64,000 nt of DNA from Octopus vulgaris (GCA_951406725.2 OX597820.1:117552001-117616000), one strand, 5' to 3'; numbered from the stretch's first letter, positions 1 through 12,930 are shown. Program-made: numbers and translations. The notes: generated by a model from the letters alone, not told the origin.

Positions 1-766
1 TTCGTTACAAGTGTTTTGCCGTGTCTCTGTACACAGATGCTGCTGTAATTTCAATCCGTATGCTCCTTCATCAATCTGAGAGCAGCAGTACACAAACGGC
101 TTAAAAGGGGCTATAAATACTGTTCTCTCTTCTAAGGATTCCCCTAAATCCTTAGCTGTTGAGAACAGATTCAAGAGTTACCTTCTAATGTAGCAGGTGA
201 TACATTAGCGTTCTCATGAAAGGTGAGAATGTAAATTGTCGTCAATTTAATATATTATGGGTCCTTTGGGCCTTTTGGTCATTTTTAATGTCCTTTCCCT
301 TAATATTTTCAGAGGCACTAAATTCTTTATTCACTTTAGTCCTATTTGAATCAATCAAGATAGGTGTGATGGTAGTGCTGCTGATGGTGGTGGTGGTGTT
401 GATGGTGATGGTGGTGGTGGTGGTGGTGATGGTGCTGGTGATGGTGGTGGTGGTACAGGTTTCAAATGCTTAGAATGTCATACTTTAAATGGTAATTATT
501 GCTTCCCAACCACATGGTTCCAGGTTCAGTCCCACTGGGTGGAACTTTGGGCAAGCATCTTCTATTATAACCCTGGGCCAACCAAAGTTTTGTGAAGGGA
601 TTTGGTAGATTGAAGCTGCAACAAATGTCCTCCAGAAGACCATCATAGTCTCCTGACTTCTCGTTCTTCAACACAGCATCCGTCCAATTATTGCTGTCAT
701 CATTGATATATTTTTCAGTTATTTAACACTGTAGGTCTACAAAAGATATTATCTCAGGACGAATAC

Positions 767-1064
767 CTATTTCTTTATTACCCACAAGGGTAATACATCT
801 TTAAAAACACATATTTTTACACAATATGATTGAGGGGAAAAAATACTGCAGAAAAATTTTGGGGACACAGAGGGGACAAACAAGGACAGACATAGGTATT
901 AAGTCGATTACATCGACCCCAGTGCGTAACTGGTACTTAATTTATCGACCCCGAAAGGATGAAAGGCAAAGTCGACCTCGGCGGAATTTGAACTCACAAC
1001 GTAACGCAGACGAAATACCGCTAAGCATTTCGCCCGGCGTGCTAACGTTTCTGCCAGCTCGCCG
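767..1064 (-). mobile_element. tRNA-derived SINE (family B) with 15-bp target-site duplication
   Basis: Head GGCGAGCTGGCAGAAACGTTAGCAC with B-box-like GAGTTCAAATTCC on the minus strand; flanked by TCTCAGGACGAATAC at 752-766 and 1065-1079; about 70 bp of extra filler near 790-860. Confidence 0.85.
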
Positions 1065-1526
1065 TCTCAGGACGAATACTGCAATTAATTAGGCTTTTAA
1101 CGATGTATCTGCATTAAGTATGATACACAGCTTGTCATTTCTCTAAAAAAAAAAAAAATTTTGGTTTCTTTAATCGTTGTTATTTAGCCCTGAGTCAAAC
1201 TTGTTGAAACAAATCTAACTCATATGATCAAAGTTATTCCAGCCTTGACCATCCATTTTAATATTCACGCATTACTTATATTATCTAATGTGTTCTTTTT
1301 ATGTGGTATAATTGTGTAGGGTTGAAGATTTGGCTGTTATTTTTAGCAAGTTAAAAATACTATGTACAGGGTTTCTTTTTAATGGTTTTGTAATTTTGTG
1401 TTGATTTACTAATAAAAATATTTTCCCTATTATCATGAAATTGAAACCACAGATTGAAAATTTGTAAAATTCCAAGACAACAGATAAATTTTCTTCCTCT
1501 TCCTTTCTTCCATGAAATGAAACACA

Positions 1527-1527
<1 letters not shown>

Positions 1528-1599
<72 letters not shown>

Positions 1600-1670
1600 T
1601 AATAATAATGATGATGATGATGATGATAATGATGATGATGATGATGATGATGATGATTATAATAATAATG

Positions 1671-1730
<60 letters not shown>
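1528..1730. repeat. (AAT)n/(GAT)n compound microsatellite
   Basis: Direct reading. Confidence 0.95.
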
Positions 1731-2189
1731 GGCACACTGTGAATTGAAAATTTTAATGATTCTAAAAAATTGATTTGATGAGGAACCGCCATAAAATGGA
1801 ATTCACAAGACATTTAAAGTATCGGAGAAATATAAGTTAAGCACAGTATTTTTAATTTATTTTTCAATCTCTTTCTGTGATATAGATTCTGTTGCAAAGA
1901 AGTCCAGCTGTGAAGCTAATAATACCTTATTGATTAAAAGGTAAAAGAAAACCAGAGCACCCTAAGGTTACATTCAAATATGAGAGCAGTAAACCATTTT
2001 ATATTCATGTTTTCCATTCTAGCATCACTGAACATGTTTAAAGAATTATTTATGTTCAAATTTTGAACATGTTTTGTGTTGTTAAGGAAATTATTATTAA
2101 ATCTGGATGGCATTACTTTTTATTACTAACAAATCAAAATGACAAACAGAAGGAGTGGAACTTGTTATTCGACCCAAGAATGCTAAGAC

Positions 2190-2525
2190 AGAAAGCTAGA
2201 TGCATTCCATCAAAGACACTGGAGAAGGATTCGAAGAACGTACTAGCAAGACCATATAACCAAAGAGGGCATTCTGAAGAAAGCCAAAACAAGACTGCTT
2301 AGCAAAATCATCACAGAATGAAAATTAAGATTAGTGAGTCACATACACTGGCCACCAGAACAACACCATTGTAAAACAGCTTTCAAATGGACACTACTGG
2401 AGGGGAAAAAGAAAAAGAGGATGACCAAAAAGTGCAGGGTACAGAACATTCATAACCTACATGAGAGAGGCCAACATCACATGGCCGGATGCAGAGAAAA
2501 CCGCAGCCAACAGAAACCAGTGGCA
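2190..2525 (+). mobile_element. Degenerate RTE-type LINE ORF C-terminal fragment
   Basis: Translates KLDAFHQRHWRRIRR..QDHITKEGILKKAK..KLRLVSHI..TAFKWT, with stops. Confidence 0.6.
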
Positions 2526-2732
2526 TCACTCTTTCTTCCTGTTTCTGTTGTACCTGTAATGCAAAGGGGCCAGCCTCGTCAAACTCTGTGTCCCGCTGAA
2601 TCTCCGCAAGAACTACGTTAAGGGCACACGTGTCTGTGGAGTACTCAGCCACTTGCATGTTAATTTCATGAGCAGGCTGTTCCGTTGATCGGAACAACTG
2701 GATCCCTCGTTGTCATAACCAATGGAGTGCCA

Positions 2733-2769
<37 letters not shown>

Positions 2770-2847
2770 TACTTTGATACTTTGATACTTTGATATATTG
2801 GCCCAGGCCATATAGCACCATATCAAGTCAGAATATATATATATATA

Positions 2848-3212
2848 TCCGGGATTTCTTGAAGGAATCTGTACTTCTTGAACCCTATAGGGTAGTTTCT
2901 GTTTTAATGTGTTTTGGTGTAATGTTAGAGAGCGGGGCCAATTGAGGTGAAATAATTGTGCCGTATTGTTGTTATGAGATGAGAGTGCGACTTTTGTTTT
3001 GGGCAGATGGCACGGGGCCCAAGCCTTAGATGTACCTTAAAGGTGATGCCAACATCATTTGGGCAATGCTGATGGAATATTTTCCTACATCATGCAGATG
3101 ATGTAGCGCTCACGACGACGTTGGAGAGAATAAAGTTTTAGCTTTTCTAGTCGACCCCAATAGTCGAGGCCTGTCATGCCATCTATCTTTTTTGTGATTG
3201 CCCTTTGAGGTG

Positions 3213-3215
<3 letters not shown>
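2848..3215 (-). mobile_element. CR1/L2-like LINE ORF2 C-terminal fragment between (TA)n tracts
   Basis: Minus strand reads QRAITKKIDGMTGLDYWGRLEKLKLYSLQRRRERY, a typical CR1/L2 C-terminal motif. Confidence 0.75.
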
Positions 3216-3263
<48 letters not shown>

Positions 3264-4006
3264 TTGCTGCCCAATGTGGTCCGGAGTAGAAGAGAAACTA
3301 AGACAAACAGATTTAAGTGACTTGCCCAAAACAATCTCCAAAATGTCTCTTCACTCTTTGACATTGAGATTCCTCTGTCAAATGTAATGCTTATTTATTC
3401 ACACTGTTTTGAATTAATTATGTATTATCTTAGAGCTTTGAGATTTCAATAATATGATTGCATATTTTTAGAACGACATTGTAGGGTAGGTGTGAGAGAC
3501 CAGATCTGACTTAAAACAGGTAGAATATTTGGGCCAGAAATAGCAGGTTTAAATGCTAAAATGTTAAACCTCAAAGATTTTTATGGACTGATTCTTAACT
3601 CTGATTTTATCACATTGAGCAGGTGAAAGATCCATCTTACTTCAGAATTTTTTCAATCACTCACAAATTGGCTGTTTGAACATTAGATAGAATGCAACAC
3701 AGTATTTGGTCCAGTTCTCTGAGACCTAAGTTGAAATCCTGACAATGGTGCCTTTTATACTTTTGAGGTTCAAAAGAATAAAGTACCAGTCAGTCTTGGG
3801 TGAAGGATTGGCAGAAAGGTTAAAGCACCAAAGTATCTGTTCCAACTGTGAGGTGGCAACCCTTACAACAAGACTGGTGCCAAGTTGTAGAAGCCTTTCT
3901 TTTCCTTAAACATTAGTGGCATGGAAACAAGGAGACTTGCATGTATGGTCAGCTGATGGTCATTATCATCATTTAACGCCCATTTTTTCAAAGTGGCATC
4001 TATCAT

Positions 4007-4414
4007 ACTCTCTTTTACTCTTTTACTTGTTTCAGTCATTTGACTGCGGCCATGCTGGAGCACCGCCTTTAGTCGAGCAAATCGACCCCGGGACTTATTC
4101 TTGTAAGCCCAGTACTTATTCTATCGGTCTCTTTTGCCGAACCGCTAAGTAACAGGGACGTAAATACACCAGCATCGGTTGTCAAGCAAGGCTTGAGGGA
4201 CAAACACAGACACACAAACAACATACACACACACACATATATACATATATACGACGGGCTTCTTTCAGTTTCCGTCTACCAAATCCACTCACAAGGCTTT
4301 GGTCGGCCCGAGGCTATAGTAGAAGACACTTGCCCAAGATGCCATGCAGTGGGACTGAACCCGGAACCATGTGGTTGGTAAGCAAGCTACTTACCACACA
4401 GCCACTCCTGCGCC
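4007..4414 (-). mobile_element. Full-length tRNA-derived SINE (family A)
   Basis: Head GGCGCAGGAGTGGCTGTGTGG..GGTTCAGTCCC, central (TA)/(TG) tract, AAAAGAGT-repeat tail; many copies in the window. Confidence 0.85.
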
Positions 4415-4960
4415 TAACTCATATAGAGTTTACTGATGTAAATTTTTTTATGGTTGGATGTCCGTCTTGTCACTAAACCTCACCTGTTTTCAAGTAAGGT
4501 AATATCTCCCCACCACCACCACCACCATGGCCAGACATGTGTTTGCTGAACATTGGAAATGGATGACACTGCTTGTATGACAGGGACACTCATTTACAAC
4601 ATCCACACAATGTCTAGGCAAAGAAACACAAATAGTTGAGAGGATTGGTGTTCTGAAGAGGAATGATTTAGATAAGCTCTCGAGAGGAAAGATTAGGAAA
4701 TGAGGGATCAGGATGGGGAGACACAATAAGGATGAGAAGGGGAGGAAAAGCAGGCTTTTCAGGTGAACTTTGGTGGGGATTGGTATAGAATTAACTATTT
4801 CAGAGGAGTAGGGTCTGTTGTGATTGTAATAGAAGGGTACATTAGATATTGTTCAGTCTCTGATTGTTATTGGGGTTTAGCCTCAAACCATCCCTGATTG
4901 AAAATAAGATGAAAGGCAATCCAGCTGTGACTCTCCCATCTTTTTAGAGATATTAAGTAT

Positions 4961-5792
4961 TCTTTTCTACTCTAGGTACAAGGCCCAAAATTTTTGGGGA
5001 GGGTGCCAGTCGATTAGATCAACCTCAGTACATAACTGGTACTTAATTTATTGACTCCGAAAGGATGAAAGGCAAAGTCAACCTCGGCGGAATTTGAACT
5101 CAAAACGTAACAGCAGATGAAATACCTATTTCTTTACTACCCACGAGGGGCTAAACACAGAGGGGACAAACAAGGACAGACAAACGGATTAAGTTGATTA
5201 TATCAACCCCAGTGCGTAACTGGTACTTAATTTATCGACCCCGAAAGGATGAAAGGCAAAGTCGACCTCGGTGGAATTTGAACTCAAAACATAACGGCAG
5301 ATGAAATACCGCTAAGCATTTCGCCCGGCGTGCTAACGTTTCTTATTTCTTCATTGCCCACAAGGGGCTAAACACAGAGGGGACAAACAAGGACAAATAA
5401 AGGGATTAAGTTGATTACATCAACCCCAGTGCGTAACTGGTAGTTAATTTATCAACCCCGAAAGGATGAAAGGCAAAATCTACTTCAGCAGAATTTGAAC
5501 TCAAAACATAACGGCAGATGAAATACCGCTAAGCATTTCGCCCAGCGTGCTAACGTTTCTTATTTCTTCATTGCCCACAAGTGGTTAAACATAGAGGGGA
5601 CAAACAAGGACAGACAAAAGGATTAAGTCGATTACATCAACCCCAGTGGGTAACTGGTACTTAATCTATCAAGCCCCGAAAGGATGAAAGGCAAAGTCAA
5701 CCTTGGCAGAATTTGAACTCAGAACATAAAGACAGATGAAATACTGCTAAGCATTTTGCCTGGCGTGCTAACGTTTCTGCCAGCTTGCCGTC
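4961..5792 (-). mobile_element. Array of four family-B SINE units in the same orientation
   Basis: Core CCGAAAGGATGAAAGGCAAA..GAATTTGAACTC repeated four times; flanks TTAGAGATATTAAGTAT (4944-4960) and TTAGAGGTATAAAGTAT (5793-5809). Confidence 0.85.
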
Positions 5793-6254
5793 TTAGAGGT
5801 ATAAAGTATCACAGTATTTCATGCATTCTATTTTCAAGATGGTGGATGGGGGGATAAATGTTGTGATTTGGCTGAATGGGAAAGACATGCCTTGACACAT
5901 TTGTTCTGGCTTTTTGTCATCTGAGTTCAAATTCCACCAAAGTCAAATTTGCCTTTTATCCTCCAGGGTAAGTCCAGGATAATGGACAGACATGGATTTT
6001 TCAAAATAATCCAAACACACCTACAGCAGATGTCATTATTAATATAACTCATGAATGTGAAGAATTTAATAAAATACATAACAGTTTCGTAACTAAGATA
6101 TCATCATAATCACTATCATCATCATCATGAACATTTAACATCCATTTCCCATCCCAGCATGGGTCGGATGGCTTAACAGGAATTGGCAATGCCAGGATCC
6201 ACACCAGGTTCCATAGTCTGTTTTGCCATGGTTTCTATGGTTTCTGGATGCCAT

Positions 6255-6656
6255 AGGCGCAGGAGTGGCTGTGTGGTTAGTAGCTTGCTAACCAACCACA
6301 TGGTTCCGGGTTCAGTCCCACTGTGTGGCATCTTGGGCAAGTGTCTTCTGCTATAGCCCCAGGCCGACCAATGCCTTGTGAGTGGATTTGGTAGACGGAA
6401 ACTGAAAGAAGCCTGTTGTATATATGTATATATATATGTGTGTGTGTGTGTGTGTTTGTGTTTGTCCCCCTAGCATTGCTTGACAACCGATGCTGGTGTG
6501 TTTACGTCCCCGTAACTTAACAGTTCGGCAAAAGAGACCGATAGAATAAGTACTGGGCCTACAAAGAATAAGTCCCGGGGTCGATTTGCTCGACTAAAGG
6601 CGGTGCTCCAGCATGGCCGCAGTCAAATGACTGAAACAAGTAAAAGAGTAAAGAGT
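6255..6656 (+). mobile_element. Full-length SINE family A
   Basis: Near-identical to the reverse complement of 4007-4414. Confidence 0.85.
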
Positions 6657-7249
6657 AATATAGTATTTGCCAACCACTTTACAGAGTGGACTGGGTGCCT
6701 TTTATGCGGCACCTGCACCCACAATAATGATTTTTACGTGACACCTTGGTTTTCGGATCTCAATTCTGTTGTGGTGGGAAGGTCTCCTTGAGTACAGCAA
6801 TTCACCACTCTGTCATCTTCTTTGTAAGGTTCAGTATTTTGAGATCCGTCTTTGATACTTCGTCCCATGTTGTCATGGATCCTCTTCCTCTTCAAGATAT
6901 CTTTTTGGGAAATATCATAACAAAGTTATGACGGAAAGTTTTGAATACAAATACTTTAGAATTTCAGATTTTTTAATCATAAAATAATAAGGAGTCTCAG
7001 ACAATGATGGTGATGATAATGATGATGATGACGATGATTGCATTCTGTGTTGACATCGACACCAATCATTCTACCTTTTCAAAGACATATGAAATATGAA
7101 ATTCCCTGAAAAACCAAGTGAGGGTTGGTGACAGGAAGAGCATCCAAACCAAAGAATCCTACTTCAAAATCAATTCCCATCCAATCCATACCAGCATGGC
7201 AAAACAGATGATAAAATATTGAATAAATAGAATTATACAACAAACTCAC

Positions 7250-7493
7250 ATCGATATCTTTTCTGATATGTTGCTCAGCCATCTGACAAATCTTCTGGGT
7301 CTGTGCCACACTCAGTTTGGTACATTTGTTCACATATTTACTTTCCATTCCAGTTTTTGCCTTCATTTCTTGGATTTGGTCTTTTAGATAAGCAATCATC
7401 TCATTCCGATTCTGGATCTCCCGTTCTTTTTCTTCGGTAACCTCCGCCACAAGCTTCGTCAATTCCTTCAGACGCTGATGACTGTTCTGTTCC
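7250..7493 (-). CDS. IQCG: Internal coding exon of dynein regulatory complex subunit 9 / IQ motif-containing G (coiled-coil region)
   Basis: 244-bp exon: polypyrimidine TTTTTCTTTTCTGCGAAG acceptor (phase 2) and GTGAGT donor (phase 0); encodes (R)EQNSHQRLKELTKLVAEVTEEKEREIQNRNEMIAYLKDQIQEMKAKTGMESKYVNKCTKLSVAQTQKICQMAEQHIRKDID, matching the recalled DRC9 motif NEYIAxLKDQLQEMKAKS..QIAQTQKKC. Confidence 0.85.
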
Positions 7494-7586
7494 CTTCGCA
7501 GAAAAGAAAAAGAAAAAAATAACTCAAATAAAATAATATCAGCCATCTGACAAATTTTCTGTGTCTGTGCCACGCTGGGTTTTGTA

Positions 7587-7753
7587 CAGGAGTGGCTGTG
7601 TGGTAAGTAGCTTGCTAACCAACCACATGGTTCCGGGTTCAGTCCCACTGCGTGGCATCTTGGGCAAGTGTCTTCTGCTATAGCCCCGGGCCGACCAAAG
7701 CCTTGTGAGTGGATTTGGTAGACGGAAACTGAAAGAAGCCCGTCATATATATG

Positions 7754-7811
<58 letters not shown>

Positions 7812-8006
7812 TTCCCTTAGCATTGCTTGACTACCGATGCTGGTGTGTTTACGTCCCCGTCACTTAGCGGTTCGGCAAAAGAGACCAATAGAATAAGTAC
7901 TGGGCTTACAAAGAATAAGTCTTGGGGTCGATTTGCTCGACTAAAGGCGGTGCTCCAGCATGGCCACAGTCAAATGACTGAAACAAGTAAAAGAGTATAA
8001 AAGAGT
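7587..8006 (+). mobile_element. SINE family A in the IQCG intron
   Basis: Same head, core and tail as 6255-6656. Confidence 0.85.
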
Positions 8007-8236
8007 AATACAATGTTTATAACAAATTTATCTTTTATTTTTTTACTTGTTTCAGTTATTAGACTGTGGCCAGGCTGGGGCACTACCTCGAAGAAATTTT
8101 AGGTGGACAAATCAACCCCAGCATTTTTTTTTTTTGAAGTCTGACACTTATTCTGTTAGTCTCTCTTGCCAAACTGCTAAATTGCTGGGGCATAAACAAA
8201 CCAACATTGGCTGTCAAGTGGTGTAGTGGTGAACAG

Positions 8237-8271
<35 letters not shown>

Positions 8272-8565
8272 CATACATTGATCCGTTTTATAGGCATAGT
8301 GGCACATATGTGTATTATTCCAATATCCTTTGAGTAAAATCCAAAAGTCCAACATTCCATATAAATTCCCTACTGGGAATGACCAACTTTAAGAGAATCT
8401 TACATTGCTTATAAACTTTACATTTGGATGGACTCTTATTAAACTCTGTTGGACTTTTGGATTTTACTCAAAGGATATTGGAATAATACACATATATACC
8501 ATTATGCCTATAAAACGGATTAATGAACTCAATAACTATACATACATACATATATACATATGTGT

Positions 8566-8605
<40 letters not shown>

Positions 8606-10250
8606 ATCTGTGTATACGTACACTTCTTTCAGTTTCCATCTTGCAAACCCACTCACAGGGCTTTGATCTTGCTCAAGGTACCATGAGTGGAGCTGAACTA
8701 GGAACCATGTAGCTGGGGGAGGGGGGCAAATCTCTTACCACTCGGCCATGTCTGTGCCTTGTTAACATTTAATTTCTTTTTATCACCAACATCTACAATT
8801 AGCAATTATATTTTTTATTTTCCAAGAGATTTCTGCAAATAGCCAAGTTCCATGAGACTATCTTGTAGAAATCTTTGACAATAAAAAAAGTTTCCTGAAA
8901 AAGAGAGAAACATTAACTTTGGCATCTTAGAATCTGTTTTTGAATTAGTTATAATATGGCATGGAACCGGAAAATAGGATGATTCCACTGGTAATAAATA
9001 AATCCTATCATGTGAATGGCAATCAAATTATCTCCAGGAAAGGTCTGGAACTAAGGTAATGGCTAAAATGTCATAAACATGACAAATCAATAATTTGAAT
9101 GTTGAGGAATATTAACCTCCTCTTCATCTCTGTCGCACTTTTATGTTTTAACACAATGTTTTGCAATAATTCATCGCAGAAATTTAGACACATAATCACC
9201 ATTCAGTATGAACCCAAAACTTCGAAATTACGGAGGCAACGTGAAAAGGAATGAAGGAATGGTAATAATTGGCAACTCAAACATCAAACTGCCATACTGT
9301 CTTCTATTGGTGCCAGAGTAACAACTATCTAATATGACAACACTAATAAGCTTTGATCAGTGGAACTGATCAAAGAATTCACCAATTATGGTCCCCTCTC
9401 TCAAGAGGATATTAATCAACAACAGTAGCCACTAAGGGGTCATACTATAAAGAATTTAAGAACACTCAAGTAGTTCATATATCAGAAGATGATTGGAGAT
9501 TAAACCAATTGAAACGGTGAGGAACACAGGAAAAATAAAACAAAAAAAAACAAAAAAAAAAACATTGATAGCACCAATAGTCTGGAAAATTTAAATTACT
9601 GATCAGAGTAATATCACCGAATAAATTTAGTTGGGTAGCAAATCAAATTAGTAGAATGAAGAATCATGAAAGGTGTTGTTCCTGTTACGGCCAATAGCCA
9701 TGAATGGATGCTCTGTATATGAGTAAGGAATTAATCTTTGCTGCCGCTGCTGTATCATCACCACCACCATCACCACCATCACCACCACTACCACCACCAC
9801 CACCACCACCACCACCATCATCATTATTTGGCAAATTGGCGGAATCGTTAGCATGCCAGGCAAAATGCTCGGGAGCATTTCGTCAGCCTTTACATTCCGA
9901 GTTCAATTTCTGCTGAGGTCAGTTTTGCTTTTCATCCTTTTGGGGGGTGGTCAATCAATTAAAAACCTGTTGCGTACTGGGTGTCGATGTAATTGACTAC
10001 CCAACCTCCCCTAAAATTCCAGGCCTTGTGTCTGTAGCAGAAAGGATGATTATTTAGCGAGTTGGCAGAACCATTAGAACATCAGAAAAAAAAAAATGCC
10101 TTGTCATGTTTCTTCTAACTCCTTATGTTCTGAGTTCAGATCCCACTGAGGTCAACCTTGTTTTCATTTCTTCAGTACTGGGGCTAATGCTATTGACTCC
10201 ACCCCTCGAAACTGTTGGCTTTGTGACTAAATCGGACTAAATCAGAAACC

Positions 10251-10281
<31 letters not shown>

Positions 10282-10319
10282 TTTGCTTCTCACATCTCTC
10301 AGACCTTACTTAATCTTTC

Positions 10320-10713
10320 TACTCTTTTACATGTTTTCAGTCATTTGACTGTGGCCATACTGGAGCACCGCCTTTAGTTGAGCAAATCGACCCCAGTACT
10401 TATTCTTTGTAAGCCTAGTACTCTATAGGTCACTTTTGCCGAACTGCTAAGTTACAGGCACATAAACACACCAACATCGGTTGTCAAGCGATGTTGGGTG
10501 GACAAACACAGACACAACAAACATATACACACACACACATACACATATATAAATACATATATGACGGGCTTCTTTCAGTTTCTGTCTACCAGATCCACTC
10601 ATAAGGCTTTGGTCAGCCCCAAACTATAGTAGAAGACACTTGCCCATGGTGCCACGCGATGGAACTGAACCCGGAACCTTGCTGTTAGGAAGCAAGCTTC
10701 TTATCACACAGCC
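10320..10713 (-). mobile_element. SINE family A (older copy)
   Basis: Diverged match to family A. Confidence 0.8.
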
Positions 10714-10888
10714 AAATTAACAAGATTCTTTTTTTTTTGTTTATTAAAACTGATAATGTTGCATTTTGTGGATGTTTCCTGTCATTAAAAAACATACAGG
10801 TTGGATGTGATTTACTTTTCAAAGTTGTTAACCTGTGTCAATGAGTGTTAAACAGAAAAAACATAACATGTTAGAGGACGACAAGGAT

Positions 10889-10913
10889 TATGATGATGAT
10901 GGTGATGATGATG

Positions 10914-10954
<41 letters not shown>

Positions 10955-10963
10955 AACGACAGC

Positions 10964-11000
<37 letters not shown>

Positions 11001-11165
11001 GTGATGGTCATGATGATGATGATGACGATGACAGCAATGATGATGATGATGACGATGATTATGATGCTGCTGCTGATGATGATGATGACAAAGCTGATGA
11101 TGACGATGATGACGATGATGACAACGACGACGATGATGATGACGATGATGACGATGATGATGGTG
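10889..11165. repeat. (GAT)n microsatellite
   Basis: Direct reading; source of the poly-D and poly-M ORFs. Confidence 0.95.
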
Positions 11166-11169
11166 ACAA

Positions 11170-11900
11170 AATTACATTAAAAAATCTTGAAATACCAAGG
11201 AGTAAATTTATTAAATACAATCACCATTGGCATCACCCGCGACCTCCAGACGACTTTGGAATCTCTTGCAACTCTCCAGGATGGTCTCCTTGTTTAAGTT
11301 GGTGAATGCTGCCGTAATCCTTGCCTTCAGTTCATCTTTGGTGTTACAAGGAGTTTCCTTGGTCTCTCGCTCAGCTGCGCCCCACACATAATAATCAAGG
11401 GGAGTTGCAGTCTGGAGAGTTAGGTGGCCAGATGTTTGGGGTGATGTGGTTGCAGAAATTATCTGACAGCCATGACTGAGCTCTCCTGCTTGTGTGGCAT
11501 AGTGCAGAGTCCTGTTGCCAAACATAGGGTCTTCCAGCCGCCATCCTCTTCACACAGGAAAGCACTACCTCCTCCAGGCACTTGCTGTAGGCCTCCATGT
11601 TGAGTCCGAGGCCATGTGGGAAGATGGATGGAGGCATAACATCACCATCCCTAGTGATCACTCCAAACACCATGAGGTTGACTGGATGTTTGATTTTTAT
11701 CACTCTTGGTACATGTTTTGAGGACATGGCAAGCCAACGGTTGCTCGGTGTATTCACCATCTGTTCGTGTTGGAGCTTCTGACACAAATGCCAAGCAGTA
11801 CAGCATGTCATTTACAAATTCCTGGCAGGGTGAATTGCATCATGGTGTGGTTTTTCTCACAGACAGTGCCCAACTCACCCTACTATACTGTGTAGTTGAC
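11170..11900 (-). mobile_element. Tc1/mariner DD37D (maT-type) transposase relic, frameshifted and internally deleted
   Basis: VWQQDSALCH..IWPPNSPDCN(frameshift)PLDYYVWG; 37 residues between the last two catalytic Asp. Confidence 0.85.
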
Positions 11901-12141
11901 AAAATCAAAAGCAAACAATGTACATGTGTGAAATTAAAAATATAGAATGACAACAATAAACCCATCGCACCCTGAATATATATATATATACAAATATAAG
12001 AGAGTGTCCATTTTGTGGTCGCTCATACACTAAAAATAGATCCGCTATGGTCTCAACCACCAAGAATTGTTCCCAAGGAGAATTAGCACAACTATGAACG
12101 TAAACGAGCAGGACAAAAGAAAAATAACAAAAATGCAGATT

Positions 12142-12220
12142 AATTCTAGACAATTGTTTCGCTGTTAATGTATTATGCAATGTTACTTACATAATATATC
12201 TGCAGCTCTTCAGTAGAATT
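12142..12220 (-). ncRNA. Type-I hammerhead ribozyme with an intact core
   Basis: Minus strand: AAUUCUA-CUGAAGA-GCUG..(UAUUAUGUAA/UUGCAUAAUA hairpin)..CAGC-GAAA-CAAUUG-UC-UAGAAUU; 7-bp stem I, GUC cleavage triplet. Confidence 0.85.
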
Positions 12221-12682
12221 TGTCGTGAATACAATTTACTGAACCGCACGCCAGATTTTAACATAACATCAAACACACGTGTGGTTCAATCTATTATATT
12301 CGCAGTTATGATTCGAATGCCCTCATTATAGCGCGCCTAAATTCCCGGATACAAATACTGCATCAATAATTTAATGCAGTATAATTAAAATCAAAAATAA
12401 GGGTGCAGTGTGTGATGCAAACAATCAATGGTAAACACATTTGACCATATATTCTGATGAATATGTTTAATGTAAGAGAATAAGAGAATAGTGGAGGATT
12501 CTAATTAATTTATCAACAGGTGGTTCTGGTTTTAAAATGTTTGTACATGAAGTGCAAGAACTGGCTATATGCATACATGCTTGTATACATATACGCATAT
12601 ACATGCATGTGTTTATGCATGTATGCATATATGTATGTGCATATATATATATGTGTGTGTGTGTGTGTGTATGTGTGTGTGT

Positions 12683-12930
12683 GGAGGTGCGTGGCTTAGT
12701 GGTTAGGCTGTCAGCATCATGATTGTAAGATTGTGGTTTCGATTCCTGGATCGGGCAATGCGTTGTGTTCTTGAGCAAAACACTTCATTTCACGATGCTC
12801 CAGTCCACACAGCTGGCAAAAATGACTAACACTGCGATAGACTGGCGTCCCGTCCGACTGGGGAACACATACGCCATTGAAACCAGGAAACCGGGCCCTG
12901 AGCCTGGCTAGGCTTTAAAAGGGCACATTT
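12683..12930 (+). mobile_element. tRNA-derived SINE with CORE-like and V-domain-like blocks
   Basis: A box TGGCTTAGTGG, B box GTTTCGATTCC, TTCTTGAGCAAAACACTT, GCGATAGACTGGCGTCCCGTCC; relatives at 13023-13220, 40932-41110 and 52800-52995(-). Confidence 0.7.

Noticed and set aside
7079-7648. 189-aa ORF as a complete gene
   Set aside because: Read-through of SINE head, intron and one true exon; only 7250-7493 has splice signals and homology.
9116-9200. Upstream IQCG exon candidate (CDELLQNIVLKHKSATEMKR, phase-2 end)
   Set aside because: Weak donor, no clear acceptor and no convincing similarity to DRC9.
9351-9375. Perfect 10-bp hairpin CTTTGATCAG-TGGAA-CTGATCAAAG
   Set aside because: Short and isolated; could be chance or a repeat remnant.
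10835-11305. Poly-D/M/H/P/V and IY-repeat ORFs here and at 32965-33709, 54483-56086 and 62021-62930
   Set aside because: Translations of microsatellites.
12447-12466. CTGATGA as another hammerhead (also 28272-28278 on minus)
   Set aside because: No downstream GAAA, stem III and NUH with a matching stem I.
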